DNA of 63,940 nucleotides, counting the filler, from Catajapyx aquilonaris (Eukaryota), in the NCBI GenBank assembly GCA_000934665.2. It is 3 parts of 3 records of this genome, joined end to end, with 100 filler letters (N's around TTAATTAATTAA, not from the genome) between each part and the next. Parts side by side here need not be neighbours in the genome. Positions count along the whole stretch, not along the records: positions 1 to 17,171 come from JYFJ02007011.1; 2 more parts are not named here. One strand, given 5' to 3'. Shown piece after piece: positions 1 to 13,552 of the stretch. The position numbers were made by a program, and so were the translations under genes. Below the pieces are notes generated by a model that worked only from the letters and a program-made list of their open reading frames with translations, was not told the DNA's origin and searched no databases. Numbering within the stretch: the stretch's first letter is position 1; each line of letters begins with the position of its first letter.

Positions 1-1073
1 CCCCCCTCCCCATTTTTCGACGTACACGTGATAAAATGAGTATTTTAACTTTCCAATGCTTCCATAGAGAATTTTTTTTAAAAAATCATGTTTTCAAATT
101 ACTAATTCATGATTTTTTGGGAAAAAGTGCTACCAATTTCATCAAATGCTTATATCATGTGACAGGGGGTTGCGCATAATATTACTTCCTTTGTGTATTG
201 GGTGACCCATCATATGCACCCATCATGACCCTTGTGTATGAACTGAATCAAACCACTGGTACATGCGTTTGATTTCTTACATTTAAAAGCACTTTTTTAC
301 GTGGAGGTTATCACTCACTCATGCATTTCGTACGAGTTACACTGCAAAAACTCGCGCGCTGATGGGTGCGAGTAAACCAAGGGATTTGGGTAAGGTACTT
401 ACCCTCATGTAGCAATTTGAATGTGACCTTGAAATATCAGTGCCAGGCGCTCCTTTGTTGAGGCCTCCATCACACGTATTTGTCACGTCATTGATTTGAT
501 TTCAAAGACAAAAAGTAACTGATTTCACAATATTTCACTTCAAATCACACATTAAACGAAAGACTAGACTCTCTAGTTAAAGACTCACTTCCTTTCAATA
601 CCACATAATGCCACATTTTTTCCAAAAAGGAGGCAGCATTTGTCATGATACCCCGTCAAAAGTTGCAATTATGTGCACTTAAAACTAAGTGAATCTATAA
701 CAGGGGAGGCTAGTCATTCGTTTGGTGTGACATTTGAAGAGAAACTTGTGAAATTCACTACTTTTCATCTTGAAAATCAGAGGAATATCGTGACCTTCGT
801 GACAAATCCACGTGGAATGAAAGCCATTTTTGTCCAACCATTTCCATGTTTGGACACACTGTGCACTGGTACAATTTTTCCCCCGTAAATGATCAGTTAT
901 CTGAAAAAATCAGTTATCCGAACACCCCCAGTCCCCAGTTGTTTCGGATAATCGATGCTCTACTGTACTAGCATACAGCATATTTAATTCCGGCAGTCAT
1001 GTTGTTAATGTGTCGGCTAATGTCATTATTGTTCACTGTAGAGAGGGTAATGAGATGAGCTCTATCATTGCAG

Positions 1074-2479
1074 ATTTAGAGAAGATCGGGAAGAGAAAGC
1101 CCGCATGAAGATGCAAAGAGCACGTGAAGTAGCAGAAGAGAGAAGAAAACAGCAGCTGCAGAGTAAGCTCCAAGTACTCCTGTTTCGGCACAAAGAACTC
1201 CTTAAAAAAGACATATTGAAAAAGCGAGCTCTACTTGAAAAGGAACTTCAAATTGATATTCAGGTATGTGATGTGAGTTTAGATACTTACATGTGCATAT
1301 AAGTATCCCTCCCACCCACCTTTTTTTCTGATGGTGTATGTGAATAAGATTCTTTTTGATGGGCCATAAAGGGAAGATATGAATATGGCCTATTAACCCC
1401 ACAGAAGGATGTGGCTGCTGAATTAGCATCCCGCGCAAAGGCGGAGCGATGCAAGCAGGAGGAAGTTCGAGGACATAGGAAAAAATCAACCTCGAGCGAT
1501 TCATACCTAGATGATCCTCTACCTAAGAGTCATAAGAAGAAGCAGAAACATTCCAGCATGAGGAGGAAAGAGAAGTTATATTGCGTATGCAGGACTCCGT
1601 ATGATGATACCAAGTAGGTGGTGTTGTATACATATTTAATTCTCCCAAGAAAGACTGTACCAAATGTTGAATGTCAAGGGAATAATGCTATTCATATGCA
1701 ACCGATTGCAACGAGTAGCATCTGATGCATTATAATGATGCAGCTTATAGTAAACCAGCCTTTTCACTGTAAGTTTAAAGAAACGTAACGCTCCATCTGT
1801 AGGTTGGGCTCTCAAAATCAGGCAAGTTACTTGACTGTTTTAAAAGGGGGTCGTGACTCAAGAAGGGTTGGGAGCCACTGCCCTAAGGGATGTATACTCA
1901 GACATAATCAGCTTTAATACTGAAATGATGCATTTATGGGCATAGGTTCCTAGGCAAAAAATGCTCTACTCTGACCCTTCCACTCGCTCTAGGAGTTTCT
2001 AATATGAATTCGCCTACCCTGTCCACGGGCCTACCTGAGAGTCTTCCAGAGACATAATCAGCTTTAACATGTAAATGATGCATTTCCGGACATGGGTTCT
2101 TAGGCAGCGATCTCTCTGGCCCATCTACTAGCTCTAGGAGTATCTGATAGGAACACATTTATGGAAACATTTAGGAGGTCGCAATCGGTAAAAGGTTGGA
2201 AACCACTGGCTTAACCCCTAGCAAGTGCACAAAGGTCCAATGGCGGCAACAGGGCAACCCAATGTTTGTTGCCCCCATACATCAGGCTTACACTTGCACA
2301 TAGCTCTTCTCTTTCAAAGCTCGAGTGAAAGGCAAGCACAATTTATGTGTGGAAGGGGATTACAAATGAGGGGTGCATTGCATTTCACACCCCATGATTC
2401 TGTGATGTGTTATTTCTGATGGAGCAGCCCCCTGCAACTCCTATCCCAGCCATATGGACACTGCCAGGACCTTATTTAT

Positions 2480-2524
<45 letters not shown>

Positions 2525-4347
2525 TGTGGGGGTAGTGCTCACCCTTCAGGGTACCTGCACAGACCTTTATTTTTATTAACTTGTACAATTTGTGCACAAT
2601 TGGAACCTTTGACTAAGCGCCCGGGCCCACGGGCAGGATGACAGGAGGGGATGTGCAAAGTGCAGTGCAATGTCTTATCCGTGGTCGTTTTGTGAACTCC
2701 CCCGGGTGGTTTAGTCTAAGGAAATACCACCCAAGACGAAGCCAGAGACGTCTGCTCAACTGTGCACGAGATGAAGGGGGTATCCCCGGGCTGGGATCAA
2801 ACCCAGGACCTTAACATCCATGGGCGTATACATTACCGCAGCGCCACTTCGTCTCTCGCCAGGACCTTAGTTGATCTCCACCACCCCTAAGTTGGCGCAT
2901 GGTCACCAAGGCGGATTCAGGCAGAGGACTTCTGAACCAACCCAAACCGTCCTTTCCACTGCAGCTGGGTCTGGAGCACATTCGCACAGTCCTCCGCCAT
3001 CTGCCTGAGTGCACCTTGGTGACCGTGGAGCGACAACAGCTCAGTATCTGGGGTGGTGGACATCAACTATGCTCATGCAAAAGGGGAGTGAGTTGTGGGA
3101 CCGGTTTAATAGACTGGAGTGTAGAATAATTCTATATGAAGTTCACTACAACTGGTGGTCTTATAAGTGTGCCAAAATGTTGAATACCATTCTGTATAAC
3201 GTGGGAGATGCAGTTTTGATTACAGGCAAGAGTAAAGTGTATATGATGGTCTTGGTTTGCTGAACGCAAGTTTTTCTCTTCCAGGTTTTACGTAGGATGT
3301 GATTTGTGTAGTAACTGGTTTCATGGCGATTGTGTTGGGATAACAGAAGCCTTGAGCAAAACCATGACGGAGTTTGTGTGTGAAGAGTGTCGCCATGCAC
3401 GAGACACCCAAGAGTTGTACTGCCTCTGCAAACAACCCTACGATGAATCTCAGTATGTTTATTGAGTGACTAATCACTACACATTGGAATTGAGGGATAT
3501 TGTATTACCCTTTTATTTTCAGGTTCTATATATGCTGTGATCGCTGCCAGGACTGGTTCCATGGGCGCTGTGTTGGGATCCTACAGTCGGAAGCTGATGG
3601 GATAGATGAGTATATATGCCCAAATTGTGAGAAAGATACTAGTATCAACTACGCAAACCTGAAAAACATGGGCACAAAAGATTATGAGACTCTGAAGAAG
3701 CTCATGAAGCAGATTCAGGTAAGTTCTATTAGTGGCATGGATGCTGGAATTATGGTTCTTCCCTCTTTCTTGTAAGCGTTAAGATCCCATCAGACAAGAA
3801 ACTATTGAGAAATATTTCCAACACTAACATTTCAATTAATTGGTCACCAGTAATTGGCATTTTTCTGGTTTGGTCCTAGAGTACTTAGTCTGATGTCTTA
3901 CAAGGTATCCATGTGCAATGGAGACATTGTGTCTGTATTTTCCTCCAGTTATTTTCCATCCTAGGCTTCTTCCATTTTAATATTTCTCTTCACATTCTAG
4001 GCCCATAAGAGCGCATGGCCATTTGTGGAACCTGTGGATCCCAACGAAGCTCCTGACTACTACAAAGTGATCAAAGAGCCCATGGGTAAGTTGTATGTGA
4101 TAAGAGGAAGTCAAAGCAGGGAAAGTTACAATTTCATTCCATTTCAGATCTCCAGACCATTGAGTTCCGGATTAGAGAGAGAACATACCGAAAACTGAGC
4201 GACTTCATAGGGGACATGACTAAGATCTTTGATAACTGCCGGTATTACAACCCAAGGGACTCACCCTTCTTTAAATGTGCAGAAGCTCTCGAGGGTTTTT
4301 TTGTGCAGAAGATAAAGATGATCAGGGAACAAGTTATGGAAACGTGA
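1074..4347 (+). CDS. BPTF: Nucleosome-remodeling factor subunit BPTF/NURF301, 3' part (coiled coil, PHD-PHD-bromodomain); 5' part lies outside the window
   Basis: Exons 1074-1263, 1405-1613, 3285-3452, 3523-3718, 4001-4085 and 4148-4347 have GT-AG borders and compatible phases. They translate to [33 protein letters not shown], two PHD fingers ([58 protein letters not shown]) and a bromodomain ([26 protein letters not shown]...NCRYYN), ending at TGA 4345-4347. Confidence 0.96.
2475..2857 (-). mobile_element. tRNA-derived SINE (family A) with (TTA)n tail, in BPTF intron
   Basis: 12-bp target-site duplication gccaggacctta (2463-2474 and 2858-2869). Minus-strand A-box/B-box-like head at ~2790-2848 and (TAA)n tract at ~2480-2523. 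Body is homologous to ~13260-13475. Confidence 0.8.
2868..3069. mobile_element. Fold-back MITE
   Basis: TIRs tagttgatctccaccacccc / ggggtggtggacatcaacta (19/20 match), plus an internal inverted pair ggtcaccaagg / ccttggtgacc. Confidence 0.65.
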
Positions 4348-5030
4348 TGAATACATGTGCCAGACCGGAGGACACAAAGTGCTTCCGAAGCATCAGGCGA
4401 TGTGATGCATGTGTACACCTAAAGTTCCCCTGATAATGTTCAAAAGTCCTGGATGCCCTCAGATCACTTTGGGACACTCATCACTTGGAAGCTCATCATG
4501 TTGTGTTTAAGTGTTCAATGTGACTTTCCATCCCTCTGTTTTGTTTCCTGCTCGTTTTTCAAAAGGAATCATGTGGTATGTGTGCTGACTTTAAATGTAT
4601 GTTTCTGGGATTAACACCAGAGCATACCAGACTTCTGTATATTGCCGTTACAGATCTGTGAGCCCAGTTGTTGACTGTAACGTAACATTAACAAGCCCTC
4701 CTCCAACAAATGTCAAATTAGTGAGAAGTTATGCTAATATTCTTTGGTTAAGTGTTGCCACCCAACAACATGGGGTCATTTGTAAAGTATCTTTATATTT
4801 GCACTTTTGCGTTGAAAGTGAAAGGCGTTTAGTTGTAGCAAAACATGGGTCTGCAACACATCCTCTACTTAACCCTTTGAATGTGTCACTTTCCAGTAAT
4901 TCTTTTAAAAAGGTGTGCATTTAATTTTGGCATTCAGAGGAGCTACAGATTTTTTGTACGCCATGTGTACAGAAGGCCATCCCCCACTCATCACATGGGT
5001 ATTCACCTCACAAGATGTAGGATGTTTTAA

Positions 5031-5872
5031 CCCTTTGTCCCCATTTGTATTGAAATACAACCAAACAAAATATTTGTTAAAAAATTCACTGGTATGACCT
5101 CAACGGAAATTTCTTTCACCATAGCCTTAAGAAATGCTCATAGTTTCTATGTTCATTTACACCACTTGCATAATATTTTTAATGGCACGACGTCATAGGC
5201 CAAATGTTTCCTTCATTTAAAACAACCACTTACTGCGCGAATTTAAATACACACAGCTCCCTGCCGCATATTTCCCGGTATGTGCACGTGCAGCTGAAAA
5301 CCATTTTAAAAATCCCGAAATGCTGCGACTTACTTTTCACCAGGGGAAAAATCAGAATGATCTGTGAAGGGTAGGCAATCTCCCCTGGCTCCATTTTGGT
5401 CGTAAAAAGCATCCTCACTCATAATTAGCCGGGCGGCCTGCTTGGAGTTCTCGGCTTTGCCGGCTCGTCACCCGAGCCGGCCTTTTTTTTTTTTTGCACC
5501 TGGCGGATCGCATTACTTCCTTTTAAACGGGACCTTTTAAAAAATTTTAACGGACACTAATGTTTTCATAATTCATCAGAGAGACTGGGCAACCATATAG
5601 AATTATCATGGATTTTTTAGATGGGTAGAAGCCATCTCTAAAAAACTGCATATATGACGCAATAGGATGACGTCACCGTCTTGTGCATAGTTTATGAGGC
5701 GGTTGCTGCACTCTCCCGATATGCAGCGTAGGTTGGTATGTCTCGCAATGTTCAGCCCCTTCTTGTGCATGAATCAAGAGCAAAACCAATGGTGCCAGAT
5801 CCAGTGATTTTCATCTAGGGTGCTCCTTTTAAAACCCCACCCTAACTGCAAAATCGAGTGGGAGACAAAGGG
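5031..5872. mobile_element. piggyBac-type non-autonomous element
   Basis: TTAA|ccctttgtc ... gacaaaggg|TTAA termini (TTAA at 5027-5030 and 5873-5876). Confidence 0.7.
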
Positions 5873-7869
5873 TTAAATATAGGTGAGAGGTCCTTAGTCG
5901 GTAGCTATCTGTGCCAGCTCTGTTGGTTCTCTAAGAGACTTTGGATTGACATATGTGGCTCATGGAATCAGGAGGACTGGTGTGGTTAACTGCAACCTAA
6001 GGATATCTTATCTGTAACAAATGTAGCTCAGTGATTCCCTAATGGCATACTAGAACACACAGCCACCTTTTCTCAAGAGAATTTCAGAAGCTCATTTTAA
6101 CATGTGAATTGAGTTCTCTTGGAAAAAAGATGAGGCTGCGTAAAAGCTGCCATGAAGTAAATGACTAGGGACAGCATTCCATAGAAATCCTGCCCCTTTG
6201 GATTTTACTTACCAAGTATGCTTTTAGGCATTACCTGAACTAATAAATTGTGATGGCAACATCGTGCAAAATTGAGAGTTTCAGAAGTCATGGTGTGAGG
6301 CAGAGTTCGATTAATTTATGATTCTAGAGATGCTCGCCACAAGGTGATGTACATGTGCTTTTAAACCTATGCATCACAATTATGGATGCTTGTAAGGATA
6401 CAGTCTCTCTCTATTGTTTCTCTTGATACCATGTGGTCAGCAATATTTTTACTCCGATCATTGTTTTCAAAAATTTGAGATTTCTTGTCATGCAAGGTAC
6501 AAAAACATGTAAGAGTGAGTCACTTGGATTTGCTAGGTTATGCTATTGTTTCTTCTTTTTTACTCTTTATTATTATTTTCGGATGTGAAAGTGAGCTATT
6601 ATCCCGTGAAGCATTGTCCCACCCAAGTATTATTTTCCCAATCATGTCTTAACGGCTTCACATTCATAGTACAAAATTTGCTACCCACTTTATTTCGTTG
6701 ATTCTAGCTTGTAATGTCAAACTGTTTTTGCGTGCCAATGGCTATTATGGAAGATGTCTGTACCTAGAGCATGTGGACTGCCAACAACCACAGAACACTG
6801 TCGAGTTTTATGATGTATGTCACCCCCCATACTTTTTTTTAAAAAGGCAGGAGAATTTATCTTGTCCACTTTTATGCTATGGTACTCTAATTGGTGCATG
6901 TTTTTACTTTATTAGAGAGCAGTGACGAATCAAAGGCTCCGATCAAGGTCCGGTTGTTCTCGCAACAGTTAGTTTTCCGTAACCCTTTGGCCTCTGTTTC
7001 TTTCGTGTCCCCCTCCCCTCTGAAAATCATGTCAGGCTTGTGCAGTTGTAACTTCACAATATGCCGTTACAAACTGAAATAGATTATGGGAGAATTGACA
7101 CAGCCTATTTATTTCCACACACATCACAACCTACAGACATACTTGACACCATCCACAAATTACAGGTTTCATTCTTAAATGCATATTTATGCTGCTTGCT
7201 TTTATGTACTGCTATCCTACAGTGCCTGCCCTTCCAAAAAATTCCGCATCCTTGAATTCATTTCAGAGTATTTGGCTCCTAAAAGCGACTGCACTTTTTT
7301 CTTCAGCTGGTAGTGTAAAATGTAGCAGACATTGTACATTCAAGCAATTCAAAGAATACTTCTCTGCCAGCCAGCCTCATTAGGCTCGCTCACTAGGAGA
7401 GTTGGTAGTATGGGCCAGGGGGAAACCTGCATACAAAGGAAATAACTGCCCACTGTTGGCAGCAACCAGTAGGTAAGTGGCACATTTATCTGGAACAAAA
7501 TGATGATATACCCACATCTACAGAAAAATTGTTTTATGCTTCTTGATTCATATTGCTGCAGTACTTGTTGCCATCTGCTTAATTTTTGCTGTTAACTGAA
7601 ATTAAAGCAGACTGCTAATTAGGGTTCATCAAAAGATGTGCACATGTCAGACGTTTTTTCAGCAAGCAAGGTAGGTGTATGCGTACACCACTACAACTGC
7701 CTGTTGCCTTTTATGGTCCAGCTGTCATCATGACAGCCACCCCAGTGTAAAAGTATCAAAATTCATACTGTGAGTAGTTAATTAAGAAATTAACATAGTT
7801 CCATGCCTTGTGTGCGGGCTATTGAACAGCACCACGTATCATTTCTGGCCAGCCTTCCGATACAAACAT

Positions 7870-8778
7870 TTAAACCTTGCACGCTTTTAAGGTAAAGATT
7901 ATGTATATGCAGCCTCCAAATGTGATGAGACCAGTGATAATCACAACTAATATGGCATGGTTTGTGTTTCCAACTGGAATTTGCATTCGAAGAATAGAAA
8001 CATTCTGCAAGAGATAGGAAATAATTAATTATCACCTTGTGATTAACAGATATACCAGGTTCTTACCGTTTTATATGGCAAATTAAGCCAGTTACAAGTG
8101 TCCTTTATGTCCTGGGCTGTGCAAGGTGCCTTCTCTACCTGGTATGGACACTCGCGTTGGAAGCTAGTTGTTGTACAGTACAGGAAGACCTTTGGCGGCT
8201 GAAGGAAGATGGAAGTGTAACCCATGTTCATGTTGTTGTGGGAAAGCGCACGTTGATATCTCAGGTGAATAGGAATGCTGACGGAAGTCGTGATCAGATT
8301 TCCCGTGATGTTCATGCTGCTGAACACGTAAAAGGTAAGTTCTGGGGCCAAGTACGCTGGTTTCTCCACGTCAATCTCTTCTGGAATGTACACATGAGAA
8401 TAGCCCAAGTGCTGGAGCTGGTCACTATCCAAGTAAATGCCACTAGGAAACGTCTCTTTCAGAAGAATTTCACACGAAGGTGGAAGAGAGGCTCGTGTCA
8501 GCGTGATTTCCACCGTCGTCAACAAAGTCCTGCAAACACCAAAATTACAACTTGAACACAGTCGAAGCACACTGCATAATGGTTCCAATCCCAATCATAC
8601 AAAACCTATGCTAGATCAGGCATTTTCCAATGACTCCCTTCACCCACCTGTGAAACCCCTGATTTTCAGCATGCCTCATCACCAGCACATGCAGTCCTTC
8701 GTTGATCTTACACGTGGAAGCATGGCTCGACACAACACACGTGATCACACCCAGAATAATCACTCCCGCCGACCCCAT
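7870..8778 (-). CDS. PIGX: Phosphatidylinositol-glycan biosynthesis class X protein (PIG-X/Pbn1)
   Basis: Three exons, 8778-8648, 8529-8067 and 8004-7870, with GT-AG borders. Signal peptide, then GFHR, ETFPSGIYLD, IDVEKPAYLA, IPIHLRYQ and IPVGN motifs, and a C-terminal transmembrane helix (AILVVIITGLITFGGCIYII). Confidence 0.9.
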
Positions 8779-8779
8779 T

Positions 8780-9349
8780 TTAATTACTACCAAGTTCACA
8801 TCCTATTACTAGGCGGGTACTACCACAACCCAAACAGGACCTTTCGATGTCCGCACGGTTTCACGCAGGTTTCTGCTATGTGTATTGATCTGGCTACCCT
8901 GGATGGTATTAGTTAATCACAAATATAATTAACATTTTAGGTAGCTGCATTATTGAATATTTTTAAATTTTAGTTTAATTTAGGTTACACAAATAGCGGC
9001 GTGGACAGGACACGCCGCCGCTTCCGGGAAGGATCAAAATGCCGGGCGCCGTCGCCGTGGCCAAAAATTACGACTTTGTATTGATGTTGGGGGTAAGGAG
9101 GAGTGTGCTTCGAATAAAGAAAATTGACCGCGACACGCTGAAACGTCAGGTGAGGAGTCACCAGACACCTGTCGAATTGTAAACGCAATCACCGAAGCAG
9201 TTCATAAAAAGCTGTCAATTATTATTACGCTGTGTTGAACCTAGCAGACCACAGTAATAAACAGGTACAGTATTGCAAGTATAATGAACATGTGAAAGTG
9301 TCCATTGCTTAATCTTAACTGTAAATTACAGAGAAAGATTTACTTGAAC
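8780..9349. promoter_or_regulatory. Probable bidirectional promoter/5'UTR region between PIGX and MPG
   Basis: Head-to-head start codons ~570 bp apart, with a CpG-rich patch at ~8995-9060 in AT-rich surroundings. Inferred from geometry; TSSs are not visible. Confidence 0.5.
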
Positions 9350-10229
9350 ATGGACAGCTCTATGCCAGATATGAAGCGCAGAAAATATGCTGACGGTGAA
9401 TGCACCAGTGGATACTTCATGTGTAGTGCTGATGAACTGCCTCCGCCATATCACTTGGAGAGCAGGACATCTGCAGGTGCTTCCAGTAGCAATCCGGTGC
9501 AGGTGTCATATGCAAAGAGTAGGTTATCAAGACAGTTCTATGATAGCCCGTGTGAGGAACTGGCCCAAAACTTGTTGGGGAAAATCTTAGTGCGGCAGTT
9601 GGATGATGGCATGGTGTTGCGAGGGCGGATTGTGGAGACGGAGTGTTATCTTGGAGGTGAAGACAAAGCGTCGCATTCTTTTCAAGGAAAGCAGACACCA
9701 AGAAACAGAGCCATGTTCATGGAACCTGGGACTGCATATGTGTACATGACTTATGGCATGTATTACTGCTTCAACATTTCCAGCCAAGGTACAGGTTAAG
9801 GAGTGGTAGGAGCAGGCCAGAAATAATGACATTTTGTTGGATACAGGTGATGGGGCTGCAGTATTGCTAAGGTCAGTGGAGCCATTGGACGGCTTGGAAG
9901 TCATGGAGAAGTTGAGGTTGTCCCACCGGAAGCAGTCAGGGAACAAATCTCTCCGTCCACACCAGTTGTGCAATGGACCTGCTAAGCTCTGCCTAGCATT
10001 TGATGTCACCAAGGCATTTGACAGGCTCGATCTAGCAGGGTGGGAAAGCCTGTGGTTAGAAGATGAAGGAACTGCTCAATCTTTTAACGTAGTTCGGAGC
10101 TCACGCATTGGAATTGCATCTGCAGGTCCTGAGTGGTCATCCAAATTACTTCGGTTCTATGTCCTTGGTAACACATCGGTTAGTGTGAGAGATCGTACAA
10201 GAGAAGCAGAATTTTTGAAAGGAGTCTGA
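9350..10229 (+). CDS. MPG: DNA-3-methyladenine glycosylase (MPG/AAG family)
   Basis: Exons 9350-9788 and 9847-10229 (58-nt GT-AG intron). Motifs LAQNLLGKILVR, GRIVETECYLG (catalytic Glu), [45 protein letters not shown] and RIGI...LRFY. Confidence 0.94.
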
Positions 10230-10678
10230 CTTGAACGATGAGATTAAACTATTCTGGCACGTGAAGAATTATTTTACAGCCTTTCTTTGTACAGTATTAT
10301 TACCAATTTAATTTTATATGGGCAATATTAAAGATTACTACTAAGTGAGAATCTGTAAGATGCCTTTGTCTGCTTTGGGTCCTAATAAGAGTTATGGTAC
10401 AAACAGTACATAATAGTGTCTGCTAGAAAAGTGAAAGCTAGAATTGCAAAATATGTTCAATTAACTATGGTGTGGCACTTGGAATGGGATGAATTCAATA
10501 TTGTTGCATGTTTGAAATGGCTGTATTGGCTGCAGAAGGCGCTAGAAACATTCAGTAATTTTTAAAGCAAGTCTCATGCTGATGGTATCCATTGCCCAAT
10601 TTTTTCATGTCGCATGATATTTACTAAAAGTTATTAAACTGAAAATTACAATTGACTGGCTATGACAACTGTAGTGTG

Positions 10679-10920
10679 TGAGTGTACTATCAGCACGGAA
10701 GTGGTCTGGACACTTGGGGGGTAGGCTGGGGGTTATGACGGCCACCAATTGAGTGTGCTAGGCAATGCTTGTGCAAGTCTGAGATTTATTACTTTTTGAG
10801 AGAAAAGTGTCCTGAGCATAGACTCTCTTCTCGTTCACCTCCCGGACTCAATTGGCAGCCAGCATAAACCTCAGCCTACTCCCAAGTGTCCAGACCATTT
10901 CCGTGCCGATAGTACACTCA
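10679..10920. mobile_element. MITE, almost fully palindromic
   Basis: tgagtgtactatcagcacggaagtggtctggacacttggg... pairs with ...cccaagtgtccagaccatttccgtgccgatagtacactca, and pairing continues inward. Confidence 0.8.
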
Positions 10921-11925
10921 TGGCTTTACATTGTAATACCATATTTTAAGGGATTGCACTGTGCAGTCAGTATTGCATAGTCATCTGCCATATTACCCTG
11001 CCTATTGCATCACAAAGCAAATAAACATCCTACAGATTTCCAATCTTGTATGGTACCATAGTATACTTCCATGCACAGTTGTATGTAATCTCGACTCATT
11101 CAGTAAAAATAAAAACACAAGAAATCCTAAGAATCTTCAGAAAAAAGAAAGAATGTGGAATTCAGCCAGACTGTCTGTGGCCTCAAGCATTGAAGTAATT
11201 TATTGTTTCTGGACAACACTGTTCCAGAAAACATGCCCAGCTGCACACCATGATATGGATTGCACATGGGCATGGATTTATTAGTCTGTGGAATATGAGT
11301 TCACAGTAGGCCTTTGGAATGCTGAATTTTTAAGTAAATCACTGGGTACACAGGGATATTCTGGTCTAGCAATAGCATTTTGGCTGCTGATGCAATGCAT
11401 CAGATTGTGACATTTATTAATGTCCATGTCCATGAAAGTGTAATGTTTACAATGACAATCCTTAACATTTGAGATTGTCATGATGCAATTTTCATGTCCA
11501 CATTTTAAATGTGAATTAAAGTCTTTGGACAGCCATGCCAGATGCAGGTATTGTGTATGTAGTCCATTAATAATTTTGAATTGGAAGCAAAAAGTTACCT
11601 TTTTAAAAAATTGTGAAATCCATTTGTAATGGCACATGCTTGTCAATTCACATGGTAGTCTGCACTTTTAAAATGGTACGGGACCATTATATTCTGGTCA
11701 GAATGAATGTTACTCACTGCCAGGTCATGACACCAAGTAGAGTGTGTGTGGCTGTGAGCACAACTCGGCAGGATTTGAACATCCACAGGATTGAATGAAC
11801 CTTAAATCCTGGCCCTTGTTAGGGTAATGGTAGGGTAAATATTTCGACCTATCATGGCAACCATGCTCGAAACTAACCCTGCCTTAGCACAACTGTATGA
11901 CTGCTCTTTGTTTTAGAGTTTAGAG

Positions 11926-12177
11926 CAGCTGTTCCCAACCTGCGGGTTGCGACCCCCAAGCCTTTTTTGGTGGGTTGCGTGGTGGCCGGAGTTTGTTTTT
12001 ACTTGCAATAAATTTTATAGAAAATTTCACCATGCAGTTGTTTTTTTTTGAACACTTACATATTTTAATATGTCTACACGACATTAATCTTCTACTAATA
12101 CTCTGGGGGCGGGGGGTCGCAGGTTACTTGACTATCATAAATAGGGGTTGCAACCTGAAAAGGGTTGGGAACCACTG
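11926..12177. mobile_element. hAT (Charlie-like) MITE
   Basis: TIRs cagctgttcccaacc / ggttgggaaccactg and a perfect 8-bp TSD gtttagag (11918-11925, 12178-12185). Related ends at ~1865-1880, ~2193-2208 and ~48845. Confidence 0.88.
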
Positions 12178-12792
12178 GTTTAGAGGTACAGAGTGCCCAC
12201 TCAGCCCTACTGAAAGGCAGTCTGGCATGCTCAGATCCCATCCCTCCCACTTGGTCAATCATGAGAATTTTGGACAATTATTTCATTTATGTCATGACTT
12301 GGCAACCCTGGCTTACATTTTAACCAGAATATATGTGGAGATCATTTAATATTGGCTCATATGCAAAGTTGCAAACTGAGTCTGAAAATTTTAGTTCCTG
12401 TGGCCACATGGCCTTCGTTATATGCATTCAGTCCTCAATTATAAGTGCTTCAGTGAAGAAGTAATGAGGTCATCATAATTGCAGAATGGCATACTCATTT
12501 ATTTAGTGGTAATGTTTTGAAACTTTGTGTAATTATCTAGAAGGTGGTAAATTGTGTGGAACATTTTGTAAGAAGATAATGAGGATTATAAAGACTGTAC
12601 CTTCTCAACTCTGTTTCTCTGATAATTGCAGTGTTGAAGTTGCTAAAAAATATGCATTTGATGCTAATTTGACATTTCTATTCTGTACAATTTTTTTAAA
12701 AAATCTGACAGTCTTTAAAAAATTTAGAAAATTGAATTATTTGATGCCATCTCCAGGCTTCAAAACACCCATTCACTTTAAGTCACTCTATG

Positions 12793-13195
12793 CAGGGTGA
12801 AGGAAAACTCGTGGACAATCACTAGGTAGTCTGATAGTAGTCACAAATCTAATATTGTATAGGGATGTGCAATTAGTTTTGTGCACAGTTGCGTAGTTAA
12901 TGCGTAAGGCGCTGTCAAAGTTCCGTGACGTCACATCCGTTCCGCCAGCTTCAAAGAAGCAAAAGCCAGCTCAAGGGCTTCCGAATAATCTGGTTTTGGG
13001 TCCGTAACACATTGTCCATGTGCAATAGGTGATCAAATCCCATCAGAGTAAGAATCCGTGTACGAGACCCATGCACTTTGTCTTTTTTGCCTCGTATTTT
13101 ACCATCCGGCCCTCTATACTTTTAAGCCGCCGTACGCATTAACTATGCAAAGGCGCCCAAAGCTAATTGCACATCTCTATATTAGTTTTGCGAGT

Positions 13196-13261
<66 letters not shown>

Positions 13262-13552
13262 GGGTGTAGTGCATACCCTCCAGGGTTTGCACAGACCTTT
13301 ATCCTCATCCTCATCAAGGATATATAGTATTTTGTCTTGACCTGTGCCCGGGTGCACGGGCAAGGGTGACTGGGAGGGGATGTGCAAGGTGCAGTGCAAT
13401 GTCGCTGCTGTGTCATTTTGTGAATTCCCCTGGGTGGTTAGTCTAGCGGAAATCCCACCCAAGATGAACCGCAGCACCACTCCGCCTCCCTAGTAGTTTT
13501 GTGAGTACTATCAGTCTACCTGGCTATTGTCTGCGAGTTTCCCTTCACCCTG
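12793..13552. mobile_element. Tc1/mariner-type MITE carrying a nested MITE (12860-13179) and a 5'-truncated SINE A (~13198-13490)
   Basis: Outer TIRs cagggtgaaggaaaactcg / cgagtttcccttcaccctg. Inner TIRs tagggatgtgcaattag / ctaattgcacatctcta. (TAA)n tail plus a body homologous to 2525-2740. Confidence 0.75.

Noticed and set aside
13058..13480. ORFs with poly-N/poly-I/poly-L runs (also 28154-28357)
   Set aside because: Translations of (TAA)n SINE tails.
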